A stretch of DNA of 64,000 nt from Candidatus Marinacidobacterales bacterium (GCA_965226495.1 OZ245365.1:1824001-1888000), one strand, 5' to 3'; shown: positions 28,984 through 39,800, numbered from the stretch's first letter. Translations and numbers: made by a program. Notes: a model not told the origin generated them from the letters alone.

Positions 28984-29058
28984 TGGTGGGCGATGCAGGA
29001 TTTGAACCTGCGACTTCTACCGTGTGAAGGTAGCACTCTCCCACTGAGTTAATCGCCC
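28984..29058 (-). tRNA. tRNA-Val(CAC)
   Basis: GGGCGATTAACTCAG..CTACC-TTCACAC-GGTAG..GGTTCAAATCC..ATCGCCCACCA cloverleaf with encoded CCA. Confidence 0.97.
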
Positions 29059-29067
29059 AGCCTTCGA

Positions 29068-29096
29068 ATGCTATAAGAAGGTAGATTCTTCGTCAA
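29068..29096 (-). promoter_or_regulatory. tRNA-Val promoter
   Basis: On -: TTGACG-N17-TAGCAT immediately upstream of the tRNA. Confidence 0.65.
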
Positions 29097-29109
29097 GCGA
29101 GGCGTTTAG

Positions 29110-30124
29110 ATGCCGTCACCGGGTGCGCGAACCACGGCCGTCAACTCCAAGACAAGCCCCTCGTCCGACCCTCGCTCGGACCCCACCAGCTGTGTGGAAG
29201 GGCTTCGTCGATCGGTCGAGGGGGTCATCCGTGGCAAACCGGAGGTCGTCACTCACGCGTTGGTGGCATTGTTCTCGGAAGGCCACCTGCTGATCGAAGA
29301 CGTGCCGGGTGTGGGAAAGACGATGCTCGGTCAGGCTCTGGCTCGATCTCTGGCCGGGACGTTTCGGCGCATCCAGTTCACGAGCGACCTCCTACCCTCG
29401 GACATTATTGGAGTCTCGATTTTCAACCCGACGAACTCCGAGTTCGAGTTCAAGCCGGGGCCGCTCTTCGCCAACGTGGTTCTCGCGGATGAGATCAATC
29501 GCAGTACCCCCAAGACACAGTCGGCACTACTGGAAGCGATGAACGAATCGCAAGCCAGCGTCGATAATACGTCTCATCCGCTTCCCAATTCCCAAGCCGT
29601 TCATCGTGATCGCGACCCAGAATCCCATCGAGCACCATGGCACCTACCCTCTTCCTGAATCTCAGCTAGATCGTTTCTTGATGCGCATTCGTATGGGGTA
29701 CCCCGACGAGAACCATGAGAAAGAGATCCTCCGCGCGCAGCGGCGGTCTCATCCGATTGACGACGTGGAGCCGGTGCTTTCCAGCGATGACGTGGAAGAG
29801 ATACAGAGACAGGTACGCGCGGTAGAGGTCGAGGCCTCTCTCGCCGACTACCTAGTCCGGTTGGCAGCCGCTACGCGTCAATCGAGCGATCTCGCTCTTG
29901 GAGTCAGTCCGCGTGGCACGTTGTTGCTGCAACGCGCTGCCCAGGCCCACGCACTCATTTCTGGCCGTTCGTACCTAGTGCCGGATGATGTCAAGGCGGT
30001 GGCAATACCCGTGCTCGCACATCGAGTCGTTCCTCGCGCTCGCGCCTCGGCCGGAACCGGCAGGGGCCAGGAGGCGGATGCCGTACTGGCCGAGCTATTA
30101 GAGACGGTGCTGGTTCCTCTCTAA
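29110..30124 (+). pseudogene. moxR: MoxR family AAA+ ATPase, frameshifted by a 7-nt duplication
   Basis: PGVGKT, DEINR and ATQNP..GTYPLPESQLDRF motifs split across two frames; TTCCCAA is repeated at 29582-29595. Confidence 0.88.
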
Positions 30125-30128
30125 CAAC

Positions 30129-31331
30129 ATGTCTCCTCGTCTCCGGGCCGGGCGACGCCGAAAGTGGGGTGCCGCCCGGGGCGGAGGAGCGAAGGGTGCT
30201 CGGTTCGTCGAGTTGGCATCCGGTTCCCAGTTCAAGAAGCCTGGCTTCGGGTTTGGTGTGCGCCCCACGCGAGACGGGCTTCGGCTACTCTTCATCCTCG
30301 TGGTGATGGGATTCGCCGCGTTCAACACGCGGAACAACCTCCTTTATTTAATGTTCTCGGTAGGTGTCGCGGGCACCCTGATTTCGGTGGTCGCTGGTTG
30401 GTGGTCGCTTCGAGGGCTCGAGCTGGTCGCCATGGAGGACGAAGACCTCTACGCTGGCACCAAGTCGACGGAGCGATTCCTAGTGCGCAATCGATCGCGC
30501 GTGCTGGACGCGTACGGAATCGACCTGGAGGAAGTTGATTTCCCCGGATCTTCGCCCAAAGGGTCGGTAGCCCACCTCGGGCGGGGGCAGGCCGAAACCG
30601 TGTTTCTCGAGAAGGTGTATTCCCGGCGCGGCGTCTTCGAGAGTGAGCGGATGCGGTTGATGACTGGCTTTCCTTTCGGATTGTTTCAGGCGAGACGGGA
30701 GGTCCGGCTGGCCCGCAAGATCGTCGTGTTACCTCATATTAGCCAGGTCGACATCTCCTTCGCTTTTCAAGGACGTTCCGGTTCGGTTCCGAAACGACAG
30801 CGCCGGGGCGAGAGTGAAGAACTCCTTCGGTTGCGCGAGTACGCATCGGGCGACAACTTGCACCACATTCATTGGAAATCGACCGCTAAGCTCGGGCGGT
30901 TGATGGTGAGGGAGTTCTCCGCCGAGCAACGACGGCGTTTCAACATCGTTTTCGATAACACCCGTGAGGAAACACCGAGCGCGCCGGTTGAGCCTTTCGA
31001 GCCCATGGTGAGTGCCGCCGCATCTCTCGCATGGCACCTCTCGGCACACCGTTTATCTTTCAGCTTCGCTTCAATCGATGACACGTTTCCTCACGGAGCA
31101 TCCATCGAGCACCTGAGAGGGGTTCTTTTGTACTTGGCGGTCGTTCACCCCCGCCCACACTCTTCGGGGCCGGACCTTATGACTTTGGCCAGGGAGGCAA
31201 CCCGTCGTGACGAGACGGTTTTCGTTTTGAGTTATCGAGAAAACGGGCCGCTATGTTTTCTATCCGCGCCACAGCTTCACCTGGTCGATCCGGCGGCGGT
31301 ACTTTTTCAGGAGCAGACAATTGGTGTCTGA
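30129..31331 (+). CDS. DUF58 domain protein
   Basis: NNLLYL, FPFGL and LREY..GD...IHWKSTAK...VREF motifs. Confidence 0.9.
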   Translation: MSPRLRAGRRRKWGAARGGGAKGARFVELASGSQFKKPGFGFGVRPTRDGLRLLFILVVMGFAAFNTRNNLLYLMFSVGVAGTLISVVAGWWSLRGLELVAMEDEDLYAGTKSTERFLVRNRSRVLDAYGIDLEEVDFPGSSPKGSVAHLGRGQAETVFLEKVYSRRGVFESERMRLMTGFPFGLFQARREVRLARKIVVLPHISQVDISFAFQGRSGSVPKRQRRGESEELLRLREYASGDNLHHIHWKSTAKLGRLMVREFSAEQRRRFNIVFDNTREETPSAPVEPFEPMVSAAASLAWHLSAHRLSFSFASIDDTFPHGASIEHLRGVLLYLAVVHPRPHSSGPDLMTLAREATRRDETVFVLSYRENGPLCFLSAPQLHLVDPAAVLFQEQTIGV

Positions 31332-31364
31332 GTCTCCGGGCCCTTTGCCGAGGAGATAACTTCT

Positions 31365-33455
31365 TTGTCGGCTCTGCGCTTGACTACCGTCATATGGTGC
31401 GAGGTTTCTTCGCTCGCCGTCATTCTCACCGGCGACATACCGGTGTGGCTATCGGTCCTCGTCTTGACCGTGATTCCTGTGGTAGGACTTGCCAACGAGA
31501 CCAGCGCCTGGTTGGGTCCGGCGAGACGCGCGTCTTCGATCCTGGCCATCCTCTATCTGTTGTTTTTTCCTATCGACTGGCTCGTGCTTTCGGACCGATT
31601 GATTTTCGCTGTGGTTCACTTGATGTTCTACCTGAAGGTCCATACGCTGCTCCATTTGAGAACGAGACGGGATCGCAATCGGCTCTATGTTCTTTGCCTC
31701 TTCGAGATGCTGGCCGCGGCTTCTATGACCATCACTCTGGCTTTTCTCGTGCCCCTCATTCTCTTTGTCCTCGTGGGGTCGTTGGTGTTGTTACTCGAGC
31801 AAGCGACAAAAGACACGCTGGTGATCGACGAGAAAACGCTATTCAAGCAAGCGATGCGAACGGCGTCTGCTCTCAGTGTCGTGGTCCTCGTCCTCGCGGG
31901 GGCCGTCTTCGTGTTGCTCCCACGCTCCACTCTCGGGGGATTTCGAATTGGCGGTGTTTAAGGGATTACCTCCACCGGCCTCAACGAGCAGATTCGCCTT
32001 GGTGACTTCGGGGAGATCAAGCGGAGTCGGGAGGTCGTCATGAGGGTGGTGGTCGACGAATCCCGTCCGATCGCAGCGCCTCGATGGCGTGGTGCGTCCT
32101 ACGATCGATATGCCGATGGCCAGTGGAGCAAGACCCTGAATGGTATGTCGGAGCTTCCCAGGTCGCCCGATGGTCAGTTCCTGTTGGAGCGTCCGACGGG
32201 TGAGGAAGGGATCGCGAGCGAAGTGTTTCTCGAGCCTTTGGATACAGACCTCATTTTCCTTCCGCCCGGCTCTCAACGCCTATCGACACCGCTGCCGTAC
32301 GTTTTCGTGGATCCATACCTGGCTGTGCGGACCGGAAGGTCCCGAAGGGCCGGTCGGCGCTACACCGTCGAGTGGCAGCCCGACGCGCCTGCGGACTCAT
32401 CCTCTCTCGGAGCTGTGTGGCTGGGCTACGAAGCACGGCAGTTTTACCTCCAGGTCCCACCGTTCTCCGACGATTTCCATGGGCTGGTGCGCGACGTCGT
32501 TCCGGAGGGCAGATCGATACAGGAGACTGCTTTCGCGGTGGAGGAGTATCTCGAAGGGGAGTACGGGTACACTCTCAACACACCACAGCGCCGTCGTGAG
32601 GATCCGTTGGAAGACTTTTTATTCGAGATCCGAGCCGGGCATTGCGAATTTTTCGCGACTGCAATGGTGATGTTTTTGAGAGCCCGAGGCGTGCCGGCAC
32701 GTATCGTGACGGGTTTCCTGGGAGGTGAGCTCAACGATATCGGCAACTTCGAGGTGGTGCGAAAAGAGGACGCCCACGCGTGGGTCGAAGTCTTCGATCG
32801 ACAACGGGGTTGGATAAGCTTCGACCCTACGCCTCCTGCGCTCGGTGGCAACGAGACCCGTACTTTCGAGTTCGTCGCCAAGAGCATCGATTCCCTCCGG
32901 ATGTTGTGGGACATGTACGTAATCACGTTCGACTACGAGCGGCAACGCGGGGTCCTGAGGGGGGCGGGCGGAGTACTCGCATGGACGGTAGGCTTGGCGG
33001 GCAAGGCGATCGCCCTCGCCAAGGAGAAGGCCAAGTGGTTGGCCTTGATTGGTGGCTTGATCGTGTTAGTCATGGTTGTCGCAAAGACGCGATTCGGTAG
33101 GAAGTGGTGGACGAAGCTCCATCTGCGTTGGCCCTTCAAGCCGTTTGCGTTTGGTGGCGTAGGTCCGGCATCCGCGGTTCGGTTCTACGGAGAGTTGCTG
33201 GCAAGGTTAGAGAAAATGGGATTCGCTCGCGCTCCTGGAGTGACGCCGGCCGAATACGCTCAGTTACTGGAAGGCCGATTGCCGGGACTGACCGAGCTGA
33301 CCCAAATTTACTATCATGTTCGTTTCGGAGGCCTCGAGCTTGATCGAGGCGAGCAGGTGCGCGCCGAGCGCTTGGCTACCACGATACGGGTCGCCGCTCT
33401 GAGCGACGCCGATCTGGCTGTCATTTCTTCTTCCCTTCAACACGATCCGCGATAA
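31365..33455 (+). pseudogene. TgpA-like transglutaminase (TM DUF3488 + TGase + DUF4129) with an in-frame TAA
   Basis: ORFs 31365 and 32040 share a frame, separated by TAA at 31959-31961; GHCEFFA, HAWVE and FDPTP catalytic motifs. Confidence 0.85.
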
Positions 33456-33504
33456 AGTAGACGGTCCCGCGCTAACTGGACGCGCGACTATAACCAAATC
33501 TGCC

Positions 33505-34749
33505 ATGAACAGTTCGGCCGAAGTGCGAAAGATGTGGGTCCTCCTCATGGCCGCCTTCGTCGACATGATGGGCTACGCGATGGTGTTTCCATTGCTCCCG
33601 TTTTATGCGGTGCGGTTCGGTGGCAGCCCGCAAGTCATCGGGTGGATGGTGGCCTCCTTCTCGATTGCCCAGGTTGCCGCTTCACCTCTTTGGGGTCGTT
33701 TCTCCGACAACTGGGGCCGGCGACCTGGACTCCTGATTGGTTTGGGAGGGTCCGCGGTGGCTTTCCTCATTTTTGGATTCGCCGACTCGCTCTGGCTTTT
33801 ATTTGTCTCGCGCATTGCACAGGGGGTGAGCGGAGGGACGACCGGGATCATGCAGGCCTACGTTGGCGATTCGGTTCCACCGGAGGATCGGGCGAAGGCG
33901 TTGGGCTGGCTTTCCGCCGCTACCAGCGCCGGTGTCATGATCGGGCCGGCGATCGGATCGTTGAGCAACTCGCGGCTGGGGCCGGAGGCTCCGGGCGTCA
34001 TTGCCGCCGGCCTTTGCGTCATTAATCTCATTTTCGCATGGCGTTGGCTCCCGGAATCGAAGCCGCGTGAGTGGGAGCCGTCTACCGAAGAGGTCGAGGT
34101 TGGCACGCTGGCCGAAACGGTCGATCCCAACGCAGCGCAGCAGAGAACGAGGAAAACTGTATCGGCGATGCTATGGGAGACGCTTCGGTACCCAAGGAGA
34201 GAAACATCGGAGCTGATTTGGATCTACTCGGTGGCCATGATGGCGTTCAGTGCTCTCACCGCCGTTTTGGGACTCTTCTTGATGGAGCGTTTCCAAATGA
34301 CGGAAGCCAACATCGGTTACATTTTTCTCTACGTGGGGAGCATCTCGGTTGTCATGCGTGCAGGTGTACTGGGTAGTGTCGTTCGTGCCTTTGGTGAGGT
34401 TCGGGTCATGCGTCTCGGGGCCATCTTGTTGGCGCTCGGCCTCATCGCTTACCCGCTGCCAGAGAGTTTCTCGGTATTGTTGTTGGTTATGGTTCTCGTG
34501 CCGATCGGCACTGCACTTCTTTTCCCTTCGACGACCGGACTGCTATCGCGAAGAGGTGGAAAGGATCAGTTGGGGCAACTCATGGGAGTGCAGCAAGCGT
34601 TCGGCAGTGTGGCGCGAATCGTAGGGCCGCTTTGGGCGGGTGCGCTTTTCCAGCACGTGAGCCCCAACGCTCCCTTCTTTGCAGCTGGAGCGGTCGTGGC
34701 GTTGGCTGCGATCCTGGCGGGACGTCTCCGCCCCCAGCCTCGTGGTTAG
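33505..34749 (+). CDS. MFS transporter (TetA/DHA1-like)
   Basis: GRFSDNWGRRP motif A, G.MIGPAIG motif C and LPES; about 12 TM segments. Confidence 0.92.
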   Translation: MNSSAEVRKMWVLLMAAFVDMMGYAMVFPLLPFYAVRFGGSPQVIGWMVASFSIAQVAASPLWGRFSDNWGRRPGLLIGLGGSAVAFLIFGFADSLWLLFVSRIAQGVSGGTTGIMQAYVGDSVPPEDRAKALGWLSAATSAGVMIGPAIGSLSNSRLGPEAPGVIAAGLCVINLIFAWRWLPESKPREWEPSTEEVEVGTLAETVDPNAAQQRTRKTVSAMLWETLRYPRRETSELIWIYSVAMMAFSALTAVLGLFLMERFQMTEANIGYIFLYVGSISVVMRAGVLGSVVRAFGEVRVMRLGAILLALGLIAYPLPESFSVLLLVMVLVPIGTALLFPSTTGLLSRRGGKDQLGQLMGVQQAFGSVARIVGPLWAGALFQHVSPNAPFFAAGAVVALAAILAGRLRPQPRG

Positions 34750-34847
34750 GGCCTCCGATTTGTCGTCTCCGCCGCTCGCCGTTAGGATCACTCGAGGATA
34801 GGAGGGAGTTGTGCGTTGGTCTTGCGAGAGGCGGTGAGGTTGGCAGC

Positions 34848-35627
34848 ATGACTAGATTAAAAGTCGGAATTTGTGAGCTACACCCGGAGTTGGCTCCGGG
34901 CTCGGAGGCGTGGTCGCGTTTTGTAAACCAAGTGAGCGCGGAGAAGCCGGACGTTTTCCTGCTCAATGAAATGCCGTTCGGGTCCTGGATCTCGGCGGGG
35001 GAGAAATTCGTTCCGGAGGCCTGGAAGGCGGCTTGTGATGTGCACGCAAAGGGAGTCTCCCTACTCGGCGAGCTTGGCGCCAAGGTAGTGCTGGGGAGTC
35101 GTGCCACCGAGCTCGATGGTCGCCGCGTCAACGAGGCGTTTGTATGGACTAAGGATGATGGGTTGGTCGGAGTGCACACAAAGCAGTTCTTCCCCAACGA
35201 GGCGGGCTACTATGAAGCGCGTTGGTTCGAGCCGGGAGAGCGTCACTTCCATGTAGTGGAGGCGGGCTCGCTCAGAGTCGGCTTCCTCATTTGCACGGAG
35301 GTAATGTTTAACGAGCATGCTCGCCGCTACGGCCGCAGCGGTGCTCACCTCATTGCGGTCCCCCGTGCGACTCCGCGCGGCACCACCCGTCGATGGATGA
35401 CGGCCATGCAAATGGCGGCAATCGCGTCGGGCTGTTACGTGGTTTCGTCGAATCGAGGTGGAGTCGACTCGCGCGGCCAAAAGTTCGGCGGCACCGGGTG
35501 GGTCGTAGATCCGATTGGCGACATGATGGCCCAGACATCGACCAGCACGCCCGTGGTCTATTACGACCTGGATACGGAGCTCGTCGCCCAAGCCCAGCGT
35601 GAGTACCCCTGCAACGTAAAGGAATAG
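34848..35627 (+). CDS. Carbon-nitrogen hydrolase (nitrilase superfamily)
   Basis: Glu (LNEM), Lys (HTKQ) and Cys (ICTE) triad; SSNR motif. Confidence 0.88.
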   Translation: MTRLKVGICELHPELAPGSEAWSRFVNQVSAEKPDVFLLNEMPFGSWISAGEKFVPEAWKAACDVHAKGVSLLGELGAKVVLGSRATELDGRRVNEAFVWTKDDGLVGVHTKQFFPNEAGYYEARWFEPGERHFHVVEAGSLRVGFLICTEVMFNEHARRYGRSGAHLIAVPRATPRGTTRRWMTAMQMAAIASGCYVVSSNRGGVDSRGQKFGGTGWVVDPIGDMMAQTSTSTPVVYYDLDTELVAQAQREYPCNVKE

Positions 35628-35631
35628 GATC

Positions 35632-36740
35632 GGGGTCAGATCCAGAAATATTACAAGGGTCTGATCCAAAAATGTGCACGGGAGGCGGATCTCGATGGCC
35701 GTCGGGAGTCGGATCTTGGGAAGGAGCGACTCAGCTGTGTGGTATCTGGGCGTTCCGTGTCGGGAACCGGCGTTCACTTCAAGGTTGTTCGAATTGCCTG
35801 ATTGCTCGGCTGACTGTCGTGTAGTGGACGCCGAAATGGGCGGCGACCGTTTGCTGGGAGTAACCGCCGCTAAGGTAGGCCTTGGCCATCGCCTCGTAGC
35901 GATTCGGGAAGTTTTCCTCGAACCAGGAGAGGGGCTTTACAAGAGGACGGAGCTGCGACCGTGACACTCCCCGCAGGTCCTCTGGACTAACCAGCGCTTG
36001 CATTCGCTCCACGAACGCGTCCGAGCCCAGATAGAACTCGTTTCGGAGGTCGGTCCAAACGCTCTCTCGATCCTTGCCCGCGTTTACGAACCGCCTATAG
36101 GATCCAATCGCGTCATCGCGAGCGTCTCCGAACTGGCGGAGTAGCCAGTCTGTTTCCAACCACGGAGGGGATGGGGCCTCACCGCATGTTGCTCTATAGC
36201 TGCTCCACTGCCAATCCTCGGGGTGCAGCGTAAGGCCGGCGCGGACTGGGTTCAGAACGATATAGCGTGCGAGCTCCATCAAGTACGCTTCTTTTTCCAC
36301 GAGGATTGCCTTATAAGGTCCCTCAAAGACGTGACCAGTGCGGTCGTGCGCACGGTTGAAGCGCTGGCCGTACATCCCGTTTAGCCGCTGCATGCCCCGA
36401 CTTAAGTTGGGTTCTGGCGTCTGCACGAGGCCGTGGTAATGGTTGGTCATCAAGCAGTACCCATGGCAAGTCCAACCCCCGCGTTCGACGACGTCGCCGA
36501 ACAGGCGCAGGAAGTCCAACCGGTCCCGTTCGGTTAGGTAGATGTCTTGGCGAGCGTTTCCGCGCGAGGTGACGTGGTACAACGCACCTGGGAACTCTAT
36601 TCTCAGTGGTCGAGCCATCCTGTAGAGACGGACGAAATTGATGGCTCTAGGCCTCCCTCACCAATTCCTTTGATACCGATTGCGGCTGGAGATTGCACAA
36701 AACTGGATCAGACCCCTGTGATAAAACTGGATCAGACCCC
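35632..36740. mobile_element. Y1 tyrosine transposase element with 47-bp imperfect terminal inverted repeats
   Basis: Left 35632-35678 versus the reverse complement of 36694-36740: 37/47 identical by hand; each end carries two GGGTCWGATCCA units 24 nt apart. Confidence 0.8.
35779..36618 (-). CDS. HUH Y1 (RAYT/IS200-like) transposase with C-terminal HTH
   Basis: YHVTSRGN, MTNHYH (HUH), YIVLNPVRAG and WSSY motifs; C-terminal VAAHFGVHYTTVSR. Confidence 0.92.
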   Translation of the reverse strand: MARPLRIEFPGALYHVTSRGNARQDIYLTERDRLDFLRLFGDVVERGGWTCHGYCLMTNHYHGLVQTPEPNLSRGMQRLNGMYGQRFNRAHDRTGHVFEGPYKAILVEKEAYLMELARYIVLNPVRAGLTLHPEDWQWSSYRATCGEAPSPPWLETDWLLRQFGDARDDAIGSYRRFVNAGKDRESVWTDLRNEFYLGSDAFVERMQALVSPEDLRGVSRSQLRPLVKPLSWFEENFPNRYEAMAKAYLSGGYSQQTVAAHFGVHYTTVSRAIRQFEQP

Positions 36741-36815
36741 TTCTTTGCTTCTTCAAGACCTGGGTTCGGCTGTTTTCTTGGCATATCCGCTAGATACTGG
36801 GATAAGCTTTGGCCT

Positions 36816-39713
36816 ATGAACGGGCCATTCCTGAAGAGGGTCGCGATCTTCCTGGCCATTTATTTCGTGGGGTCGCGGCTCGGACTCCTGGTCACTCTCG
36901 GGCCCGGCCAGGTCTCACCCGTTTGGCCCCCCACGGGTATCGCGTTGGCCGCGATCCTATTACTTGGATACCGCTTCTGGCCCATCGTTGCTCTGGCGGT
37001 GGTGGTCGACCACGCGCTCCGGCTACCGCTCGGAGTTACGGCCATCATTGCCGTGGGTAAGACCGTTGAGGCGTTGCTCGGTGCCTATCTGCTTCGCCGG
37101 TTCGTAGGCTTCTCGAATCGTCTTGCTCGTGTCAGAGATGTTCTGGGCCTAGCGGCCGTCGGGGCGGTCTTTTCAACGTTGGTTGGCGCCATCATTTGCG
37201 TGGTCGGCCTGGTCCTTGCGAGCGTGGCTTCGTGGGCCGACTTCGTTTCGCTCTTGTGGCTTTGGTGGCTTGGAGACGGCATGGGCGTCCTGCTTGCGGC
37301 GCCGCCGATGCTCGTCTGGGCGGCCCGGCCGTCCGTCCGGCTCGACCGACGCACGGTTGCCGAACTGGCCCTCCTGATGACCTCGCTGCTCGTTGCTTGC
37401 GAGGCGGCGTTTGGCGGCCACCTCGCACCTTCGGAGTTCGACTTGCCGCTGGCCTACATGCCTTTCCCGTTCGTCATCTGGGCCGCCCTCCGCTTCGGCA
37501 TGCACGGTGCCGTGACCTCGGCCCTTTTAACCTCCATCCACGCCATCGCGGGTACTGTTCATGGGCACGGTCCGTTCGTGCGATCCTCGCCAATAGAGAA
37601 CTTGATTCTATTGCAGGCATTCGTCGCGGTCATCGTTCTTACTGCACTCGTGCTGGGAGCCGTAACCACCGAGCGAGGGCGGGTCGCCAGGGAGCTCAGG
37701 AAGAGTCAGGGTCGCTACAATTTGGCCACCACCGCTGGGGCGGTCGGCGTCTGGGATTGGGATCTCGAGACCAATGAGATTTATGTCGACCCCGTCCTAA
37801 AGGGCATTCTTGGATATCAGGACCACGAGATTCAAAACCATATTAGTGATTGGGACAAACTCGTTCACCCGGACGACGTGGAACGCGTCCGGGCGGAAGT
37901 GATGAGCCATCAAGTTGCAGAGGCGCCTCACTACGAGGTTGCCCATCGTGCCGTTCACAAGGACGGCAGCACACGCTGGTTTCTGGTCCGCGGGAACGCG
38001 CGACGCGACAAGGACGGCCGGCCGGTTCGCATGACGGGAACCAGCATCGACATTACGACAAATCGTCAGGCCGAAGAGGCCTTGGAGCAAAGCGAGCGGC
38101 GAGCCCGCAAGCAGCTCGCCGAACTGGAGCACCTCTATCAGACTGCCCCGGTCGGCTTGTGCCTCGTGGATCGCGAGCTTCGGTGGGTCCGCATCAACGA
38201 ACGGTTGGCCGGCTTCCACGGGAAACCTGTGTCCGAGCACATCGGCCGCCGAATGAAGGACCTGATACCGGAGATCGCGGCGAAATCAGAGCCCGTTTAC
38301 CGCAAGGTGTTCGAAACCGGGGAACCCATCGTGGACGCCGAGGTAAGCGGTGTCACCCCTGCCGACCCGGATAGCGAGAGGCACTGGCTAGCCAGCTTCT
38401 ACCCCCTTAAACTCGACGATGGGACGGTCTACGCCGTTAGCAATGTTGTTCAAGACATTACTTCCCGAAAGCGCGCGGAGATGTTGCAAACGGGGAATAG
38501 CCGCGTGCTCGAGCTGCTTGCCGAAGACCGCGACATCGTCGAGGTCTTCGAGGAGTTGGCCCGCACGGTAGAAAGCCAACTTGGTGCTTCGTCACGTTGC
38601 TCGATTCTGTTGGTCGACCGGCAAAAGAAACACCTCCGTTTTTGCGCTGCACCGAATCTCCCCAAAGAGTTCCACGAGAGCGTCGATGGTTTGCCGATCG
38701 GCGCCTCCGAGGGCTCGTGCGGTACCGCGGCGTATCGTCACCAAACGGTCATTGTGGCGGACATGATGAACGATCCCCTGTGGGAAAAATACCGAGAGGT
38801 GGCGCGGCGTTTCAACCTCAAGTCGAGTTGGTCGGTGCCGGTTCTCTCCGAATCCGACCAAGTACTGGGCACGCTATGTGTCTTCCACACTCGACGCCAC
38901 GAGCCGACCAGTCGGGAGACGGATGTCACCCAGAAGGCTGCCTCGCTAGCAAGAGTTGCTATCGAGCACACGAAAGCACTGGCAGCGCTTCAGGATCGAG
39001 AAACGGCGCTCCGACAGAGCCACGCCAAGATCCAGGATCTGGCTGGACGGCTCATAGTCGCGCAGGAGGAAGAACGGCGACGGCTGTCGCGGGAGCTACA
39101 CGATGGTCTCAATCAGCACCTGGCTGCCCTATCCTTCGAAATAGGATTCCTTCGGTCGCGGCTACCCGAGCAGAATGCCGACATGCGTGAGCGTCTTCTT
39201 GCGCTTCAGACGAGGGCGGCTCTAGTAATCGAGGATGTCAGACATATGTCTCGCGAGCTTCACCCCGCGTCACTGGAGCACTTGGGACTCGTATCGGCGT
39301 TGAGAACTCACTGCCTCGAGATCGAAAAACAAGAACCGATTCGGGCCAAGCTGACTCTAGTCAAGGTACCCGAGGATATTCCTCGGGAGGTTGCACTCTG
39401 TCTGTACCGCGTGGCGCAGGAGGCCCTTCGCAATGCGGTCAAGCATTCTGGAGCGCCAGAGGTCCGCGTGACCCTGACCGGCGCCGAAGGAGGCTTGGAG
39501 CTTTACGTTGCCGACAGCGGTTCGGGTTTCGATAGGGAGGGGACTCACGGAGGGCTAGGACTCGTAAGCATGGAGGAACGAGTGCGACTCCTCGGGGGGA
39601 GCTTCCGGCTTACATCGCAGCCCCGGCTCGGGACGCGCCTGGAAGTTCGTGTGCCGGTGAGTCAGACCCAAGAGCCGGTAGGGGACCCCACGGTTCAGAA
39701 ACACCGCGCCTGA
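36816..39713 (+). CDS. MASE1-PAS-PAS-GAF HisKA_3 sensor histidine kinase
   Basis: VWPPTG and WWLGD (MASE1); HPDD PAS; GSCGTAA GAF; EERRRLSRELHD, QEALRN..KH, DSGSGF and GLGL..M.ER. Confidence 0.93.
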   Translation: MNGPFLKRVAIFLAIYFVGSRLGLLVTLGPGQVSPVWPPTGIALAAILLLGYRFWPIVALAVVVDHALRLPLGVTAIIAVGKTVEALLGAYLLRRFVGFSNRLARVRDVLGLAAVGAVFSTLVGAIICVVGLVLASVASWADFVSLLWLWWLGDGMGVLLAAPPMLVWAARPSVRLDRRTVAELALLMTSLLVACEAAFGGHLAPSEFDLPLAYMPFPFVIWAALRFGMHGAVTSALLTSIHAIAGTVHGHGPFVRSSPIENLILLQAFVAVIVLTALVLGAVTTERGRVARELRKSQGRYNLATTAGAVGVWDWDLETNEIYVDPVLKGILGYQDHEIQNHISDWDKLVHPDDVERVRAEVMSHQVAEAPHYEVAHRAVHKDGSTRWFLVRGNARRDKDGRPVRMTGTSIDITTNRQAEEALEQSERRARKQLAELEHLYQTAPVGLCLVDRELRWVRINERLAGFHGKPVSEHIGRRMKDLIPEIAAKSEPVYRKVFETGEPIVDAEVSGVTPADPDSERHWLASFYPLKLDDGTVYAVSNVVQDITSRKRAEMLQTGNSRVLELLAEDRDIVEVFEELARTVESQLGASSRCSILLVDRQKKHLRFCAAPNLPKEFHESVDGLPIGASEGSCGTAAYRHQTVIVADMMNDPLWEKYREVARRFNLKSSWSVPVLSESDQVLGTLCVFHTRRHEPTSRETDVTQKAASLARVAIEHTKALAALQDRETALRQSHAKIQDLAGRLIVAQEEERRRLSRELHDGLNQHLAALSFEIGFLRSRLPEQNADMRERLLALQTRAALVIEDVRHMSRELHPASLEHLGLVSALRTHCLEIEKQEPIRAKLTLVKVPEDIPREVALCLYRVAQEALRNAVKHSGAPEVRVTLTGAEGGLELYVADSGSGFDREGTHGGLGLVSMEERVRLLGGSFRLTSQPRLGTRLEVRVPVSQTQEPVGDPTVQKHRA

Positions 39714-39719
39714 CGGTTC

Positions 39720-39800
39720 CTACTCATGGCGCAGCGCGAGGACGGGGTCCAAGCTTGCCGCTCGCCGGGCCGGCACATAGCTCGCCGCTAGCGAAACACC
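39720..39800 (-). pseudogene. C-terminal remnant of an FtsX/ADOP-type ABC permease
   Basis: GVSLAASYVPARRAASLDPVLALRHE-stop with no permease sequence upstream. Confidence 0.7.

Noticed and set aside
31959-31961. Recoded stop in the transglutaminase gene
   Set aside because: The codon is TAA in a non-catalytic linker; neither Sec (TGA) nor Pyl (TAG) applies.
35632-36740. CRISPR array from short spaced repeats (also at 58432-58662)
   Set aside because: Only two or three units per site, units too short or irregularly spaced, and no cas genes.
36693-36815. N-terminal extension of the sensor kinase (KTGSDP repeats)
   Set aside because: It is a translation of the transposase terminal repeat; the ATG at 36816 fits the MASE1 start.
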